DNA from: Opitutia bacterium
Lineage (GTDB): Bacteria; Verrucomicrobiota; Verrucomicrobiia; Opitutales; Opitutaceae
Length of the DNA stretch: 64,000 nucleotides
Direction of reading: 5' to 3'
Assembly: GCA_947478395.1 (NCBI GenBank)
Contig: CANJVR010000002.1
Coordinates: 384,001-448,000, forward strand
The notes beneath the pieces were generated by a model that saw only the letters and a list, made by a program, of their open reading frames with translations, did no database searches and was not told the origin of the DNA. The first letter of the stretch is position 1, and each line of letters starts with the position of its first letter. Below are positions 8,664-18,362 of the stretch, piece after piece. The position numbers were made by a program, and so were the translations under genes.

Positions 8664-11432
8664 ATGGCCCGCCTTCGCGTTCCGTCCCCGCACCTCCGGC
8701 CGCCCGGGCTTCTTCGTTGGTTCGCAGCGAAAATGCCGGTCGGTATGTTACTGGCGCTCGCCGCCGGAGCTTCCGCTCCGCTGCGCGCGGCCGAGTTGGC
8801 GAAGCCGATCGCCGATTTCACTGAGCAATATTGCGCGAGCTGTCACAACGGCGCGGACAAGGCCGGCGGACTGGATCTCGACGCGTTGAAATTTTCTCCG
8901 GCAGACAACACCAATTTTCTCACGTGGGTAAAAATTCACGATCGGGTCGTCGCGGGCGAAATGCCGCCGAAAGAGGAGAAGCGCCCGGACCAGCTCGCCC
9001 TGCGGGCGTTTACGACAGAGCTGAAATCTTCCCTCATCCAGCACGAGCAAGCCGCGATCGCGCGGAGCGGCCGGTCGGTCCTGCGCCGACTAAACCGGTC
9101 GGAGTACGAAAATTCCCTGCGCGATATTTTTCAGGCCCCGCTCCTTATCGTGCAAAGCCAGTTGCCGGTTGATGGAGAAGCCCATCGCTTCAACAAGGTG
9201 AGCAAAGCGCTCGAGGTGTCCTACGTACACATGAGCCGTTACATGGAGGCCGCCGACTATGCGATGCGCGAGGTCATGGCGGAGCAACTGCTCCGTCCGC
9301 CCACCGCATCGCGGCGTTACTACGCGCGCGATCAGGCTTCGATGGTCGTATTTTGGAATAACCTGAACAATCCCTCCGCGCCGCGACATACCTTTCCGGT
9401 TCTCGACCAAACCGGCCAGCCAGAGGTTCTCGCGAAGACGGCGCCGATCACTGTTGGCGCCACCAACCCGGAACTCCGCGAACGGGAAGCGGTGGGCATG
9501 ATCTCGAGCGAATACGAGGGCTTTGTTTACAGCTTCGACGAGTTTCGCGCGCCCACCACCGGCCGTTACCGGGTCAAGTTCAGCGGACTGACGGTCTGGG
9601 TCGGGACCGGCGGTCACCGGACAATTTACGAGGGACTGGACCGGGTCGGCACCATCGACGAGCCCTATTGGTTTTTCGGCAAAGGCTCGGACGTCTCTGA
9701 GGGAAGGCGTAACGAATCGATCAATGTTTATACCAAGCGCGGACCGTTGAGTGGCCGCCGGGTGGGTGGTTTCGACGTGAAGCCCGAAGCATCCGTGAGC
9801 GATCTCGGCGAAGTCTGGCTTTACGCCACCGAATCGCTGTCGCCCAACGCCACGCGCTTTTATCGCTCTCGTCCGACCGGCCACAACTGGCCCTACAATC
9901 ATACGAATCCGTGGGCGCAAAAAGATGGTCAGCCCGGCGTCGCGTTTCGCTGGATGGAAGTCGAGGGACCGCTCTACGACGAATCCGCCGGCGCAGGTTA
10001 CCGCCTGCTCTTCGGCGATCTGCCCCTGCAACGAGTGGAATCTGAAGCCGGTGCGGTCGCGTTGTCGGTGGCGGCGGCGGGCAATGGCCGCGGCGGACGG
10101 GGCGGTGGTGCGCCACTCACAAAGGTCAACGTGGACGTCGTCTCGACCGATCCCGCGCGCGACGCCGAGCGTTTGTTGCGGGCTTTCATGCAACGCGTGT
10201 ATCGCACGCCGGTGAAAGAGAGCGACGTCGCCCTCTTTCTGGAAGTTATCCAGCAACGTCGCGCGGCGGGGCTCGGATTTGCCAAGGCCATGTTGGTGGG
10301 TTACGCAGCGGTACTGGCGTCTCCCCAATTCATTTTCGTCGAGGAGCCCGTGGGTCGACTCGACGACATGGCGTTGGCGACGCGCCTGGCGCTTTACCTG
10401 TGGAACTCGGAACCGGATCCCGCGCTGCGCGCCCGCGCCGCGCGGGGCGAGCTGCAGCGTCCAGAGGTGTTGCGCGCCGAGACCGAGCGCATGCTGCGCG
10501 ACCCCAAGTCGGATCGCTTCGTCGAAGCGTTTTTAGACTACTGGCTCGATCTCCGGAAAATTGCCGACACCACACCGTCGGCCGTTCTCTACAACGACTA
10601 CACGCTCGACGATGCTCTGACGGAAGCAGCGGTCGATGAAACCCGCTTGTATTTCGCGGAACAGCTGCGGGCCAATCTGCCGGTGCGGACGATCGTGGAC
10701 TCGGATTTCACTTACGTGAACGAGCGGTTGGCTGAGCACTATCAACTGCCGTCGGTCGACGGCGTGAAAATGCGCCGGGTGCAATTGCCGCCTGGAAACG
10801 TCCGCGGGGGATTCATGACCCAAGCCAGCGTCCTCAAGGTGACGGCGAACGGCACGACGACTTCGCCTGTGCTGCGCGGAAAATGGATTATGGAGCGGAT
10901 CGTAGGCTACGAGATCCCGCCTCCGCCGGCGTCGGTCCCGGCGGTGGAGCCGGACACGCGGGGCGCCGTGACGATTCGTCAGCAGCTCGACAAACATCGG
11001 GCGGATGCCAGCTGCGCCATGTGCCATCGGAAGATCGATCCGCCGGGATTTGCCTTGGAAAGTTTTGATGTGATGGGCGCGTGGCGCGAAAATTACCGGG
11101 CGGCGGCGCCCGGGGGTGGCGAAATCGGATTCGGCAAGGACGGCTGGCCTTTTCAATTTCGCTACGCCCTGCCGGTGGATTCCGCGGGCGAACTGTCGCC
11201 CGGGCACAGTTTCAAGGATGTGCGGGGACTCAAGCAGCTGCTGCTGGCCGATGAGGATCAGATTGCGCGCAACTTCGTTCGCCAGCTTACCGTTTTTGCG
11301 ACCGGTGCGCCCGTCGGATTTAGCGATCGGGAAAAGATTGAAGCCATCCTGCGCAAAACCAAAGCCGGCGGCTACGGCATCAGAAGCCTCGTGAGCGAAA
11401 TCGTCCAAAGTGAACTGTTCCTCAACAAATAA
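8664..11432 (+). CDS. DUF1592/DUF1588/DUF1587/DUF1595/DUF1585 multidomain protein with two CxxCH motifs
   Basis: CASCH (8832-8846), GEMPP, LRRLNRSEYEN, LATRLALYLWNSEPD, TTSPVLRGKW, CAMCHRKIDPPGFALESFD (11013-11027). Confidence 0.9.
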   Translation: MARLRVPSPHLRPPGLLRWFAAKMPVGMLLALAAGASAPLRAAELAKPIADFTEQYCASCHNGADKAGGLDLDALKFSPADNTNFLTWVKIHDRVVAGEMPPKEEKRPDQLALRAFTTELKSSLIQHEQAAIARSGRSVLRRLNRSEYENSLRDIFQAPLLIVQSQLPVDGEAHRFNKVSKALEVSYVHMSRYMEAADYAMREVMAEQLLRPPTASRRYYARDQASMVVFWNNLNNPSAPRHTFPVLDQTGQPEVLAKTAPITVGATNPELREREAVGMISSEYEGFVYSFDEFRAPTTGRYRVKFSGLTVWVGTGGHRTIYEGLDRVGTIDEPYWFFGKGSDVSEGRRNESINVYTKRGPLSGRRVGGFDVKPEASVSDLGEVWLYATESLSPNATRFYRSRPTGHNWPYNHTNPWAQKDGQPGVAFRWMEVEGPLYDESAGAGYRLLFGDLPLQRVESEAGAVALSVAAAGNGRGGRGGGAPLTKVNVDVVSTDPARDAERLLRAFMQRVYRTPVKESDVALFLEVIQQRRAAGLGFAKAMLVGYAAVLASPQFIFVEEPVGRLDDMALATRLALYLWNSEPDPALRARAARGELQRPEVLRAETERMLRDPKSDRFVEAFLDYWLDLRKIADTTPSAVLYNDYTLDDALTEAAVDETRLYFAEQLRANLPVRTIVDSDFTYVNERLAEHYQLPSVDGVKMRRVQLPPGNVRGGFMTQASVLKVTANGTTTSPVLRGKWIMERIVGYEIPPPPASVPAVEPDTRGAVTIRQQLDKHRADASCAMCHRKIDPPGFALESFDVMGAWRENYRAAAPGGGEIGFGKDGWPFQFRYALPVDSAGELSPGHSFKDVRGLKQLLLADEDQIARNFVRQLTVFATGAPVGFSDREKIEAILRKTKAGGYGIRSLVSEIVQSELFLNK

Positions 11433-11459
11433 TACGGAACGCCCCAAGAGCTTCCTTAC

Positions 11460-11523
11460 TTTAACCGCGGATGCCGCGGATACGCCTTCCCCACCCGTGC
11501 CATCCGTGAAATCCGTGGTTAAA
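11460..11523. repeat. Imperfect palindrome with 9-nt periodic ACGGAT arms
   Basis: TTTAACCGCGGATGCCGCGGAT...ATCCGTGAAATCCGTGGTTAAA. Confidence 0.75.
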
Positions 11524-11538
11524 CAAGCTCTGCAGCTC

Positions 11539-11910
11539 GTGCAAAGAAAACGATTTCTCCCTCTGCTCGTGATGGGGTGGATCCTTTGCGCTGCGCCGCT
11601 CTCGGCGGCGGACGCCGCGACTCCAGGTGCAAAGCCGGCTTTCACCGCCGAGCAAGTGACGGCGCTTGAAACGTTGCGGCGCGAACTAGCCCGGCTCGAT
11701 CCGATGTTGGAAAAGGTCACCGAACCGGACCACAAGGCCTGGGTGAAATCCAAGGTGGAAAAATTAAAGGCCCGTTTTCAGGAGCTGGAGAAAACCGCCT
11801 TCGACCAAACAAAATTCGACGAGCTGCGCTTTGACCTGAACATCGAATATCAACGCCTCGCCGTCTGGCTGAGGCCAGCGGCGATTCCCGCCCGCTCCAA
11901 AGCGAAATAA
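11539..11910 (+). CDS. Small secreted helical hypothetical protein
   Basis: RKRFLPLLVMGWILCAAPLSA signal peptide then amphipathic/coiled-coil helices; start uncertain (GTG 11506/11515/11539). Confidence 0.65.
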   Translation: MQRKRFLPLLVMGWILCAAPLSAADAATPGAKPAFTAEQVTALETLRRELARLDPMLEKVTEPDHKAWVKSKVEKLKARFQELEKTAFDQTKFDELRFDLNIEYQRLAVWLRPAAIPARSKAK

Positions 11911-12104
11911 ATATCCAGCCGAGAAACGGCATTCTCGCACCAGATATTTCAAACCCAAGTCTGGGGCAACGCGCGTTGACGTGACCGCCTAAAACGAAGC
12001 CGGGCAGCTTTTAGTCTGGGCAACCAGAAAGGAGACTCAGCAGGAACGGCGAACGACATACCTGCACCAGTTTCGCAGCTCAGCACCGCGCTATCCCTGC
12101 GGAG

Positions 12105-12701
12105 TCACTGGTAGTCGCGCCGTCCATCGAGTGCACTCTTGAGTGTCACGGAGTCCGCGTAGAGCACCCCGCCGCCACTGGGTAGGCCGAAACCGATGCG
12201 GGTGACTTTCAAGCCGGCGGGCACCGCCAGCGTTTCCGTCAAATAGTGACACGTCGCTTCTCCCTCCACGTCGTTGGACAACGCCAGGATCAATTCGCGC
12301 ACGTCACCCGCCGCGATTCGCGCTTGCAGCGCCGCGAGGTTCAAATCGTCCGGGCCGACCCCGTGAATCGGCGAGAGCTTCCCGTGCAGCACATGGTAAC
12401 CGCCCCGAAATGCCGCGCTCCGCTCGATCGCCACCAGGTCCGGCACTTGCTCGACCACGCACACCACGCCGTTTGCGCGTCGCTCATCGGCGCAGATCGC
12501 ACACTGCTCGCCTTCGGCCAGATTGCCGCACTTCGTGCATCGCCGCACGGTTCGCGCGGCTTCCTCCAATGCCAAGACCAGCGCGGGCAAACGCGCCGGT
12601 TTTTCCACGAGCAGATGCAAAGCGATCCTCTCGGCCGAGCGGTAACCCAGTCCCGGCAATTGCTTGAGGTGCTGCTGCAATTTTTCGAAAGCGGGCGTCA
12701 T
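12105..12701 (-). CDS. recR: Recombination mediator RecR
   Basis: LPGLGYRSAERIA HhH, C4 zinc finger CTKC...CAIC, TOPRIM VEGEAT, TRIGFGLP. Confidence 0.97.
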   Translation of the reverse strand: MTPAFEKLQQHLKQLPGLGYRSAERIALHLLVEKPARLPALVLALEEAARTVRRCTKCGNLAEGEQCAICADERRANGVVCVVEQVPDLVAIERSAAFRGGYHVLHGKLSPIHGVGPDDLNLAALQARIAAGDVRELILALSNDVEGEATCHYLTETLAVPAGLKVTRIGFGLPSGGGVLYADSVTLKSALDGRRDYQ

Positions 12702-12706
12702 GCTAC

Positions 12707-12786
12707 TTTCGTTTTTCGATTTTTGAATTTCGATTCCCGATCCCGGGCTTCACGTGCGCCGAAATCAAAAATCGTGAATCTAAAAT
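12707..12786. repeat. Inverted 7-nt periodic repeat (TTTCGAT-like / AAAAATC-like arms)
   Basis: TTTCGTT TTTCGAT TTTTGAA TTTCGAT ... GAAATC AAAAATC GTGAATC TAAAAT. Confidence 0.65.
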
Positions 12787-12797
12787 AGGAAAACCGG

Positions 12798-13106
12798 TCA
12801 CATCATTCCGGGCATTTGAAACGCCGAAGTCACTTTCTGCATCTCCGCGTCGTTGTATTCCTTGGCCTGCTTTGCGGCATCCTGCGCTGCGGCCAAAACC
12901 GTTTCCGCGACGAGCTTGGCGTCTTCCTTGAGAAACTCGGGGTCGAACGTGAACGCGAGAAACTTGCCCGTACCGTCGACCTTGACCTTCACCGCGCCGC
13001 CGCCCGCCGCGACCTCGATCTCTTTCGTCGCGAGTTGCGATTGAAGCGACTCGATCGAGCGCTGCATTTTCTGAGCTTGTTTGAGGAGTTTGCCTACGCC
13101 GGCCAT
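12798..13106 (-). CDS. ybaB: YbaB/EbfC nucleoid-associated protein
   Basis: LLKQAQKMQ...AGGGAVKV; canonical position upstream of recR. Confidence 0.93.
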   Translation of the reverse strand: MAGVGKLLKQAQKMQRSIESLQSQLATKEIEVAAGGGAVKVKVDGTGKFLAFTFDPEFLKEDAKLVAETVLAAAQDAAKQAKEYNDAEMQKVTSAFQMPGMM

Positions 13107-13159
13107 AATGGGAAAATAAGTTAAGGGTTAATGGTTCGCGTTGAGAGACGGTTGTGCCG

Positions 13160-14053
13160 CTAAAGTGACAAGATTTTTTCGTACCCTTCCCGAAATGTGG
13201 GCGCGGACGGCAGCCACCCGGTCAGGCTCTTTAACTTGCCGTTGGCGATGATCCGATCCGGTGTCACCGCCCTCCGTCCTGCGGCCGGCCCTCCGGTGAA
13301 CTGCGGCTCTGGCACCCCCAGCCGCCCGGCGAGCCACGTCACGATTTCCATTTTTGTCGCCGCGCCGTCATCGGCCACGTTGAAAATTTCCGTCGCCGCC
13401 GTGGCGCCGAAAGCAGCCCATATAGCCGCGCAAATGTCGTCGCGGAAAATCAGATTGAGGTGGAAATCCCCCTGGCCCGCCACCTCGCCCGACTGTACCT
13501 GTTCGAGCAAATGGTGCCTTCCCGGTCCATAAATTCCGGCGAGCCGCAACACCACCCGGCGGGCGGCCGCTTCGCTTGTGCCGAGCAGCGTGTCTTCGGT
13601 CGCGAGGAGCACGCCCGGACGTTCGGCCAGCCGGTCGACTGCGGCCGTTTCATCGACGCGGATGCCACCACCCTGCGGATAAACCGACGTGCTGCTGGTG
13701 TACACGGCCGTTCCGGCGGCGCCACGAGCACGGAGCCAATCAACCATACTCGTCATGCCGTTTAAATAGCTCCGACGGTAACCTTCCGCGCCACCGCCGC
13801 CCGAGCTCACGCAGTTTAGCACGTAGTCCGGCCCGCCGGGAATCTGCGCATGCCATGTATCGGTGGCCAGATCCGCGACAACGACCTGGATACCGTCCAC
13901 GCGCAACGCGGCGGCCTTTTCTGTGTTACGGGTGAGCGCGGTGACGCGCATGCCGCGCTCCAATCCTTCCCGCGCCAAGGCGGCGCCCACGTAGCCGCAG
14001 CCGAGGACCACGAGGCGTTTTCCGGTGAATTTTCCATGGGCAAGGTCGATCAT
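13160..14053 (-). CDS. NAD-dependent epimerase/dehydratase family (atypical SDR)
   Basis: VVLGCGYVG Rossmann, YTSSTSVY, LRLAGIYGPGR, FNVADD. Confidence 0.88.
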   Translation of the reverse strand: MIDLAHGKFTGKRLVVLGCGYVGAALAREGLERGMRVTALTRNTEKAAALRVDGIQVVVADLATDTWHAQIPGGPDYVLNCVSSGGGGAEGYRRSYLNGMTSMVDWLRARGAAGTAVYTSSTSVYPQGGGIRVDETAAVDRLAERPGVLLATEDTLLGTSEAAARRVVLRLAGIYGPGRHHLLEQVQSGEVAGQGDFHLNLIFRDDICAAIWAAFGATAATEIFNVADDGAATKMEIVTWLAGRLGVPEPQFTGGPAAGRRAVTPDRIIANGKLKSLTGWLPSAPTFREGYEKILSL

Positions 14054-14072
14054 TCCACCCACGTTAAAAACT

Positions 14073-14612
14073 ATGCCCACCGTTCTCGCAATTCTTGCCG
14101 AAGGTTTTGAGGAAATCGAAACGGTCACGCCGATCGATCTTTTGCGGCGGGCCGGAGTCGCAGTTACGGTCGCCGCACTGGCCGAGGGCATTCATGTAAC
14201 TGGCCGCGCCGGCCTCACGTTGCACGCCGACACGCCGCTCTCGGCGGTCATGGCCCATGATTTCGACTGCGTTTTCCTGCCCGGCGGTCCCGGCGTGAAA
14301 AATCTCCGCGCTGACCCTCGCGTGCGCGAACTGGTGCAACGCCAGTATGCCGCCGGTCGCTGGTTGGCGGCGATCTGCGCCGCGCCCACCGTGCTCAACG
14401 ACGCCGGCTTGCTGGCCGGCCGGCGCTACACGGCGCATTTTTCCGTGGCCGACGAATTACCTGATATTCTCGCCCACGAACGGACCGTCACCGACGGCAG
14501 ACTCCTTACATCCCGCGGCGCCGGGACGGCGCTTGATTTTGGCCTTCAACTGGTCGCCCTGCTGTGTGGCTCACCTAAAGCGGACGAAGTCGCGCGCTCC
14601 ATCTGCGCGTGA
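14073..14612 (+). CDS. DJ-1/ThiJ/YajL family protein
   Basis: GFEEIE, LPGGPG, AAICAAP (catalytic Cys), TSRGAGTA. Confidence 0.93.
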   Translation: MPTVLAILAEGFEEIETVTPIDLLRRAGVAVTVAALAEGIHVTGRAGLTLHADTPLSAVMAHDFDCVFLPGGPGVKNLRADPRVRELVQRQYAAGRWLAAICAAPTVLNDAGLLAGRRYTAHFSVADELPDILAHERTVTDGRLLTSRGAGTALDFGLQLVALLCGSPKADEVARSICA

Positions 14613-14770
14613 TCCGCCCCAGATTACCGCACGCCACACGTAGTTTGAGACGACTTCCGCCCTGCGCGCCGCGCGGTCCCATCTTAAAGCCGAAGGTCGA
14701 GGAGCGACGCACCAAAGATCACCGGCTTGACCGTTGAAGGATCGCCCACGCATGCTTGAATCCGCCCAAA

Positions 14771-15838
14771 ATGAATCCCCTGAAAAATCATCGCCTGTCC
14801 CTCGCGCTCTGCGCCGCTCTCACTGGTCTCGCGGCCAACGCCGCTGAAATTGGTCTCCCTCCGACCCTGTCGCCCGACGCCAAGGTCGAAAAACTGGCGA
14901 CGCTGCCAACTGAAACCTATACCGTGTCTGGCCGCCCGTTCACCGAGGGCACAACCACTGCGCCCAATGGCGACGTCTATTTCGTCGAGCAAAACAGCAG
15001 CAAGATCATGAAGTGGAGCGTCGCGGACAAGACACTCTCGGTATTCATGCACCCGGCTGGCTTCTCGAATGGCATGTCCTTCGACGCTAAAGGCAACCTC
15101 ATCGCCTGTGCCGACGAGCGCAACGAGCTTTGGTCGATCTCGCTGACCAAGACGGAAACCATTCCCTACCCGCAACCGCTCAATCCGGCTGTCGGCGAAA
15201 AGCCATCTGCCGAAAAAATCACCCTACCCGCGCACACGGTCCTGCTGGATGGGCACTACAAAGGAAAACTTTTCGGCGGCCCTAACGATCTCTGGATTCG
15301 TCCTGATGGCGGAATCTATTTCACCGATCCCTACTACGCCCGCCAGTGGTGGGCGCCGGGGCGCGTCCAGGAGCAGGAACTGAAAACCGTGTACTTCCTC
15401 TCGTCCGACCACAAAACCGTGACGCGTGTCCTCGCCGAATTTAATTCGGCCAAGGGGGTTCCAGGCACCCCGAACGGAATCATCGGCACGCCCGACGGTA
15501 AAACGCTGTATGTCGCGAATATCGACGGCCGTGAAATCGTCAGCTTCGACGTGCAACCTGACGGCGCTCTGACCAATAAAAAAATCATCTGCAATTTCGG
15601 ATCAGACGGCATGACCCTCGATAACCAGGGCAATCTCTACCTGAGTGCCTTCGGCCGGACCCCGGGTGTCACCGTGGTCAGCACTAAAACCGGCGAGCAG
15701 ATCGGTTTCATTCCTGTGCCGGAAGCGCCCGCCAACATGTGCTTCGGCGGAAAAAACCACGACACTCTCTACATCACCGCACGCACCGGTTTCTATTCCG
15801 TCCCGACCAACGTAAAAGGCGCCAGCTTGGTCAAGTGA
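14771..15838 (+). CDS. Secreted SMP-30/gluconolactonase family beta-propeller
   Basis: Signal peptide; FTEG, SNGM, GPNDLW...GGIYFTDP, PNGI, SDGMTLD, NMCFGG. Confidence 0.9.
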   Translation: MNPLKNHRLSLALCAALTGLAANAAEIGLPPTLSPDAKVEKLATLPTETYTVSGRPFTEGTTTAPNGDVYFVEQNSSKIMKWSVADKTLSVFMHPAGFSNGMSFDAKGNLIACADERNELWSISLTKTETIPYPQPLNPAVGEKPSAEKITLPAHTVLLDGHYKGKLFGGPNDLWIRPDGGIYFTDPYYARQWWAPGRVQEQELKTVYFLSSDHKTVTRVLAEFNSAKGVPGTPNGIIGTPDGKTLYVANIDGREIVSFDVQPDGALTNKKIICNFGSDGMTLDNQGNLYLSAFGRTPGVTVVSTKTGEQIGFIPVPEAPANMCFGGKNHDTLYITARTGFYSVPTNVKGASLVK

Positions 15839-16167
15839 TGGACTTGAAAACGCACCGCGGTCCTCGAGGTTGACGCGCGAAGCGGCAGGCCGACCTGCTT
15901 TCGTGTTTCGGCGGCAGATTCTGGTTCAGGCTCCCGCGTGAAGCTCAACATCGGAAAGTGCTTTGAAGCCCGTGCCAGCGCTGGCAGGCCGGGCGCCGGC
16001 CAGTCTGCGGCGATGCGACGCCGGGTGGCACGGGACCGGGACGCTTGTCGAGGCCCATGTCGAGCTCGGTCCCTTTAGTTACGGTATGACTGCCACCGCG
16101 ATTCCGGGAAAACGGTGGCACCGTTGAAATATCAACCGAGATCGTTGCTCCTCCCTACTTATCCTCC

Positions 16168-17556
16168 ATGAAATCCTACGATTTTGTCAGTATCGGCGGC
16201 GGCAGTGCGGGCTTTAACGCCGCCCGGGTCGCGACCGGGCTCGGCCTCCGCACGGCGATTGTTGACGGTGCAAAAGACCTCGGCGGCCTCTGCATCCTGC
16301 GTGGCTGCATGCCCTCAAAAACCTTGATCTACATGGCCGAGGTTCTGCACCTCGCCCAAAAGGGAAAAACCTTCGGTCTGAATATTCGTTCCGCCCGCGC
16401 CAACATGAAAGCAATGCAGGCGCGAAAGAAGAAAATCATTGCCGAGTTCGCCGCGTACCGGGTTGAGGCGCTGCACGCAGGTAAATTCGACCTGATTCGA
16501 GCCCACGCTTTTTTCATCGATCCGCACACGCTCCAGCTCAGCAGTGGTCAAAAAATTCGCTCTAAATATTTTCTGATCGGCACCGGCTCCAAGGTCAGTG
16601 TGCCGCCCGTGCCTGGACTCGCCGACGCCAAATGCTGGACGAGTGACGACGTCCTGAACCTCGATTTTATCCCGAAGAGCGTCATCGTCTTGGGCGGTGG
16701 CATCGTAGCCTGCGAACTCGCGCAGTTTCTCAACCGCATCGGCTCGCGCGTGACCTTGATTCAACGCAGTCAGAATATACTACGGGATCATTCTGATGCT
16801 GCGTCTTCGGTCGTGCAAAAAGCTCTCGCCGACGAAGGCATCGAGCTGTTTGCCGGCACCCAACTACAAAACGTCGCGCAAAATGCCCGCGGCGTCGCGG
16901 TCTCTTTTGTCCACGATGGGAAACTCGTCGTGCGCAGGGCCGCGCATCTTTTCAACGCCCTCGGCCGCGAGCCCAACACCGCGTCGCTCACCCTGCCTGC
17001 CGCCGGCGTTAAAACGCGGGGCCGCGGCCGGATTGTTATCAATCGCTGGCAGCAAACCAGTGCGCCGCATATTTACGCCGCGGGGGATTGCTCCGGTCCG
17101 GCTGAGATCGTTCATATCGCGATCCAGCAGGGCGAACTCGCGGCCCGCCACGCCGCCGGCATCAAAAAACTGAAACCAGTCGATTGGTCGCTGTTGCTCA
17201 ACGTCGTCTTCACGGACCCGCAGCTCGCCACCATCGGACGCCTCGAACGGGAGCTGACCGAGCAAAATATCGATTATCTCACTGCGAGTTATCCGTTCAA
17301 TGATCACGGCAAATCCATCCTAATGGAGGCGAATTACGGCTACGTGAAAGTCATCGCCGAGCCCAAGCGCGGTCGCATTCTTGGGGCCGAAATCGTCGGC
17401 AAAGACGCCGGCGAACTCATCCACGCGTTCAGCGGGCCCCTCGCGATGAAGGCCACGGTATTCGATCTGCTCCGCGCGCCCTGGTACCATCCTACGCTTG
17501 GCGAGATCATCACTTATCCGCTCGAAGAAATTGCGGAGAAGATCAACGGGCCGTGA
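16168..17556 (+). CDS. Class I pyridine nucleotide-disulfide oxidoreductase (LpdA/MerA-like)
   Basis: IGGGSAG, GGLCILRGCMPSK redox CxxxxC, LGGGIVACE, YAAGD, YHPTLGE. Confidence 0.9.
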   Translation: MKSYDFVSIGGGSAGFNAARVATGLGLRTAIVDGAKDLGGLCILRGCMPSKTLIYMAEVLHLAQKGKTFGLNIRSARANMKAMQARKKKIIAEFAAYRVEALHAGKFDLIRAHAFFIDPHTLQLSSGQKIRSKYFLIGTGSKVSVPPVPGLADAKCWTSDDVLNLDFIPKSVIVLGGGIVACELAQFLNRIGSRVTLIQRSQNILRDHSDAASSVVQKALADEGIELFAGTQLQNVAQNARGVAVSFVHDGKLVVRRAAHLFNALGREPNTASLTLPAAGVKTRGRGRIVINRWQQTSAPHIYAAGDCSGPAEIVHIAIQQGELAARHAAGIKKLKPVDWSLLLNVVFTDPQLATIGRLERELTEQNIDYLTASYPFNDHGKSILMEANYGYVKVIAEPKRGRILGAEIVGKDAGELIHAFSGPLAMKATVFDLLRAPWYHPTLGEIITYPLEEIAEKINGP

Positions 17557-17587
17557 ACGCTGCGCTGCGCCCTGCCGCGCAGGGATT

Positions 17588-18313
17588 CTAAGGCGCGAGG
17601 GTGAGCAGGTCGGCCAGGTCCACGCGTTTTTCGTAGATCGCTTTGCCCACGATTACTCCGTCGAGATTCGCATAACGGCGCGCTAAGCTCACGAGGTTTT
17701 TTACATCCTCGCGCTGACTCACCCCGCCACTCGCGATAACGTTAAACTTTCCTGCGGCGAGCACCGCTTCTTGGGCGGCCAGATTCGGTCCCGTCATCAT
17801 GCCGTCGGTGCCGATGTCGGTGTAGATGAGAGTCCGTACATCGAGGGCATCCATGCGCTTCGCCAGCGTCAGCGCCCCGGTGCCCGTGGTGTCGACCCAG
17901 CCTTTTACCGCCACCAGACCGTTCTTGGCATCGATGCCGACCGCGATTTTTTCGCCGAAGGCCTGCACGAGTTCGCCCACAAAGCTTTCGCTCTCCGCGG
18001 CGCGCGTGCCGATGACCACCCGACTCACGCCGAATCCGAGCGCGCGCTCCACCGCAGCCCGCGCCCGCAAGCCGCCGCCGAGCTGGACCTTCATCCCAAG
18101 TGCGGCGATGGCCTGGACGACCGCGAGATTCTGGGGCTCGCCCATGAACGCTCCGTCGAGGTCGACCACATGCACCCAGGCGCTGCCGGCCGCCTTGAAC
18201 TGCTGCGCGATGTCGACCGGGTTTTCGGCGTAGACTGTTTCCTGATCAGCGCGGCCCTGCGTTAGCCGCACGCAACGGCCGCCCTTGATGTCGATGGCTG
18301 GATAAATCGTCAT
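17588..18313 (-). CDS. hisA: ProFAR isomerase
   Basis: IYPAIDIKGGRCVRLTQG, HVVDLDGA, GGGLR, YTDIGTDG, IASGG. Confidence 0.97.
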   Translation of the reverse strand: MTIYPAIDIKGGRCVRLTQGRADQETVYAENPVDIAQQFKAAGSAWVHVVDLDGAFMGEPQNLAVVQAIAALGMKVQLGGGLRARAAVERALGFGVSRVVIGTRAAESESFVGELVQAFGEKIAVGIDAKNGLVAVKGWVDTTGTGALTLAKRMDALDVRTLIYTDIGTDGMMTGPNLAAQEAVLAAGKFNVIASGGVSQREDVKNLVSLARRYANLDGVIVGKAIYEKRVDLADLLTLAP

Positions 18314-18362
18314 TCGACAAAAACGTTTTGCGCCCCCGCCCGAAGGGGCGAGACTAAACGAA

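Noticed and set aside
12729..12739. TTCGATTCCCG matching the tRNA-Gly T-arm as a possible attR of an island starting at tRNA-Gly
   Set aside because: Only 11 nt, part of a heptamer repeat, would place core recR inside the island, and no integrase is adjacent
16168..17556. Mercuric reductase MerA
   Set aside because: No C-terminal Cys-Cys, no NmerA domain, no mer operon genes
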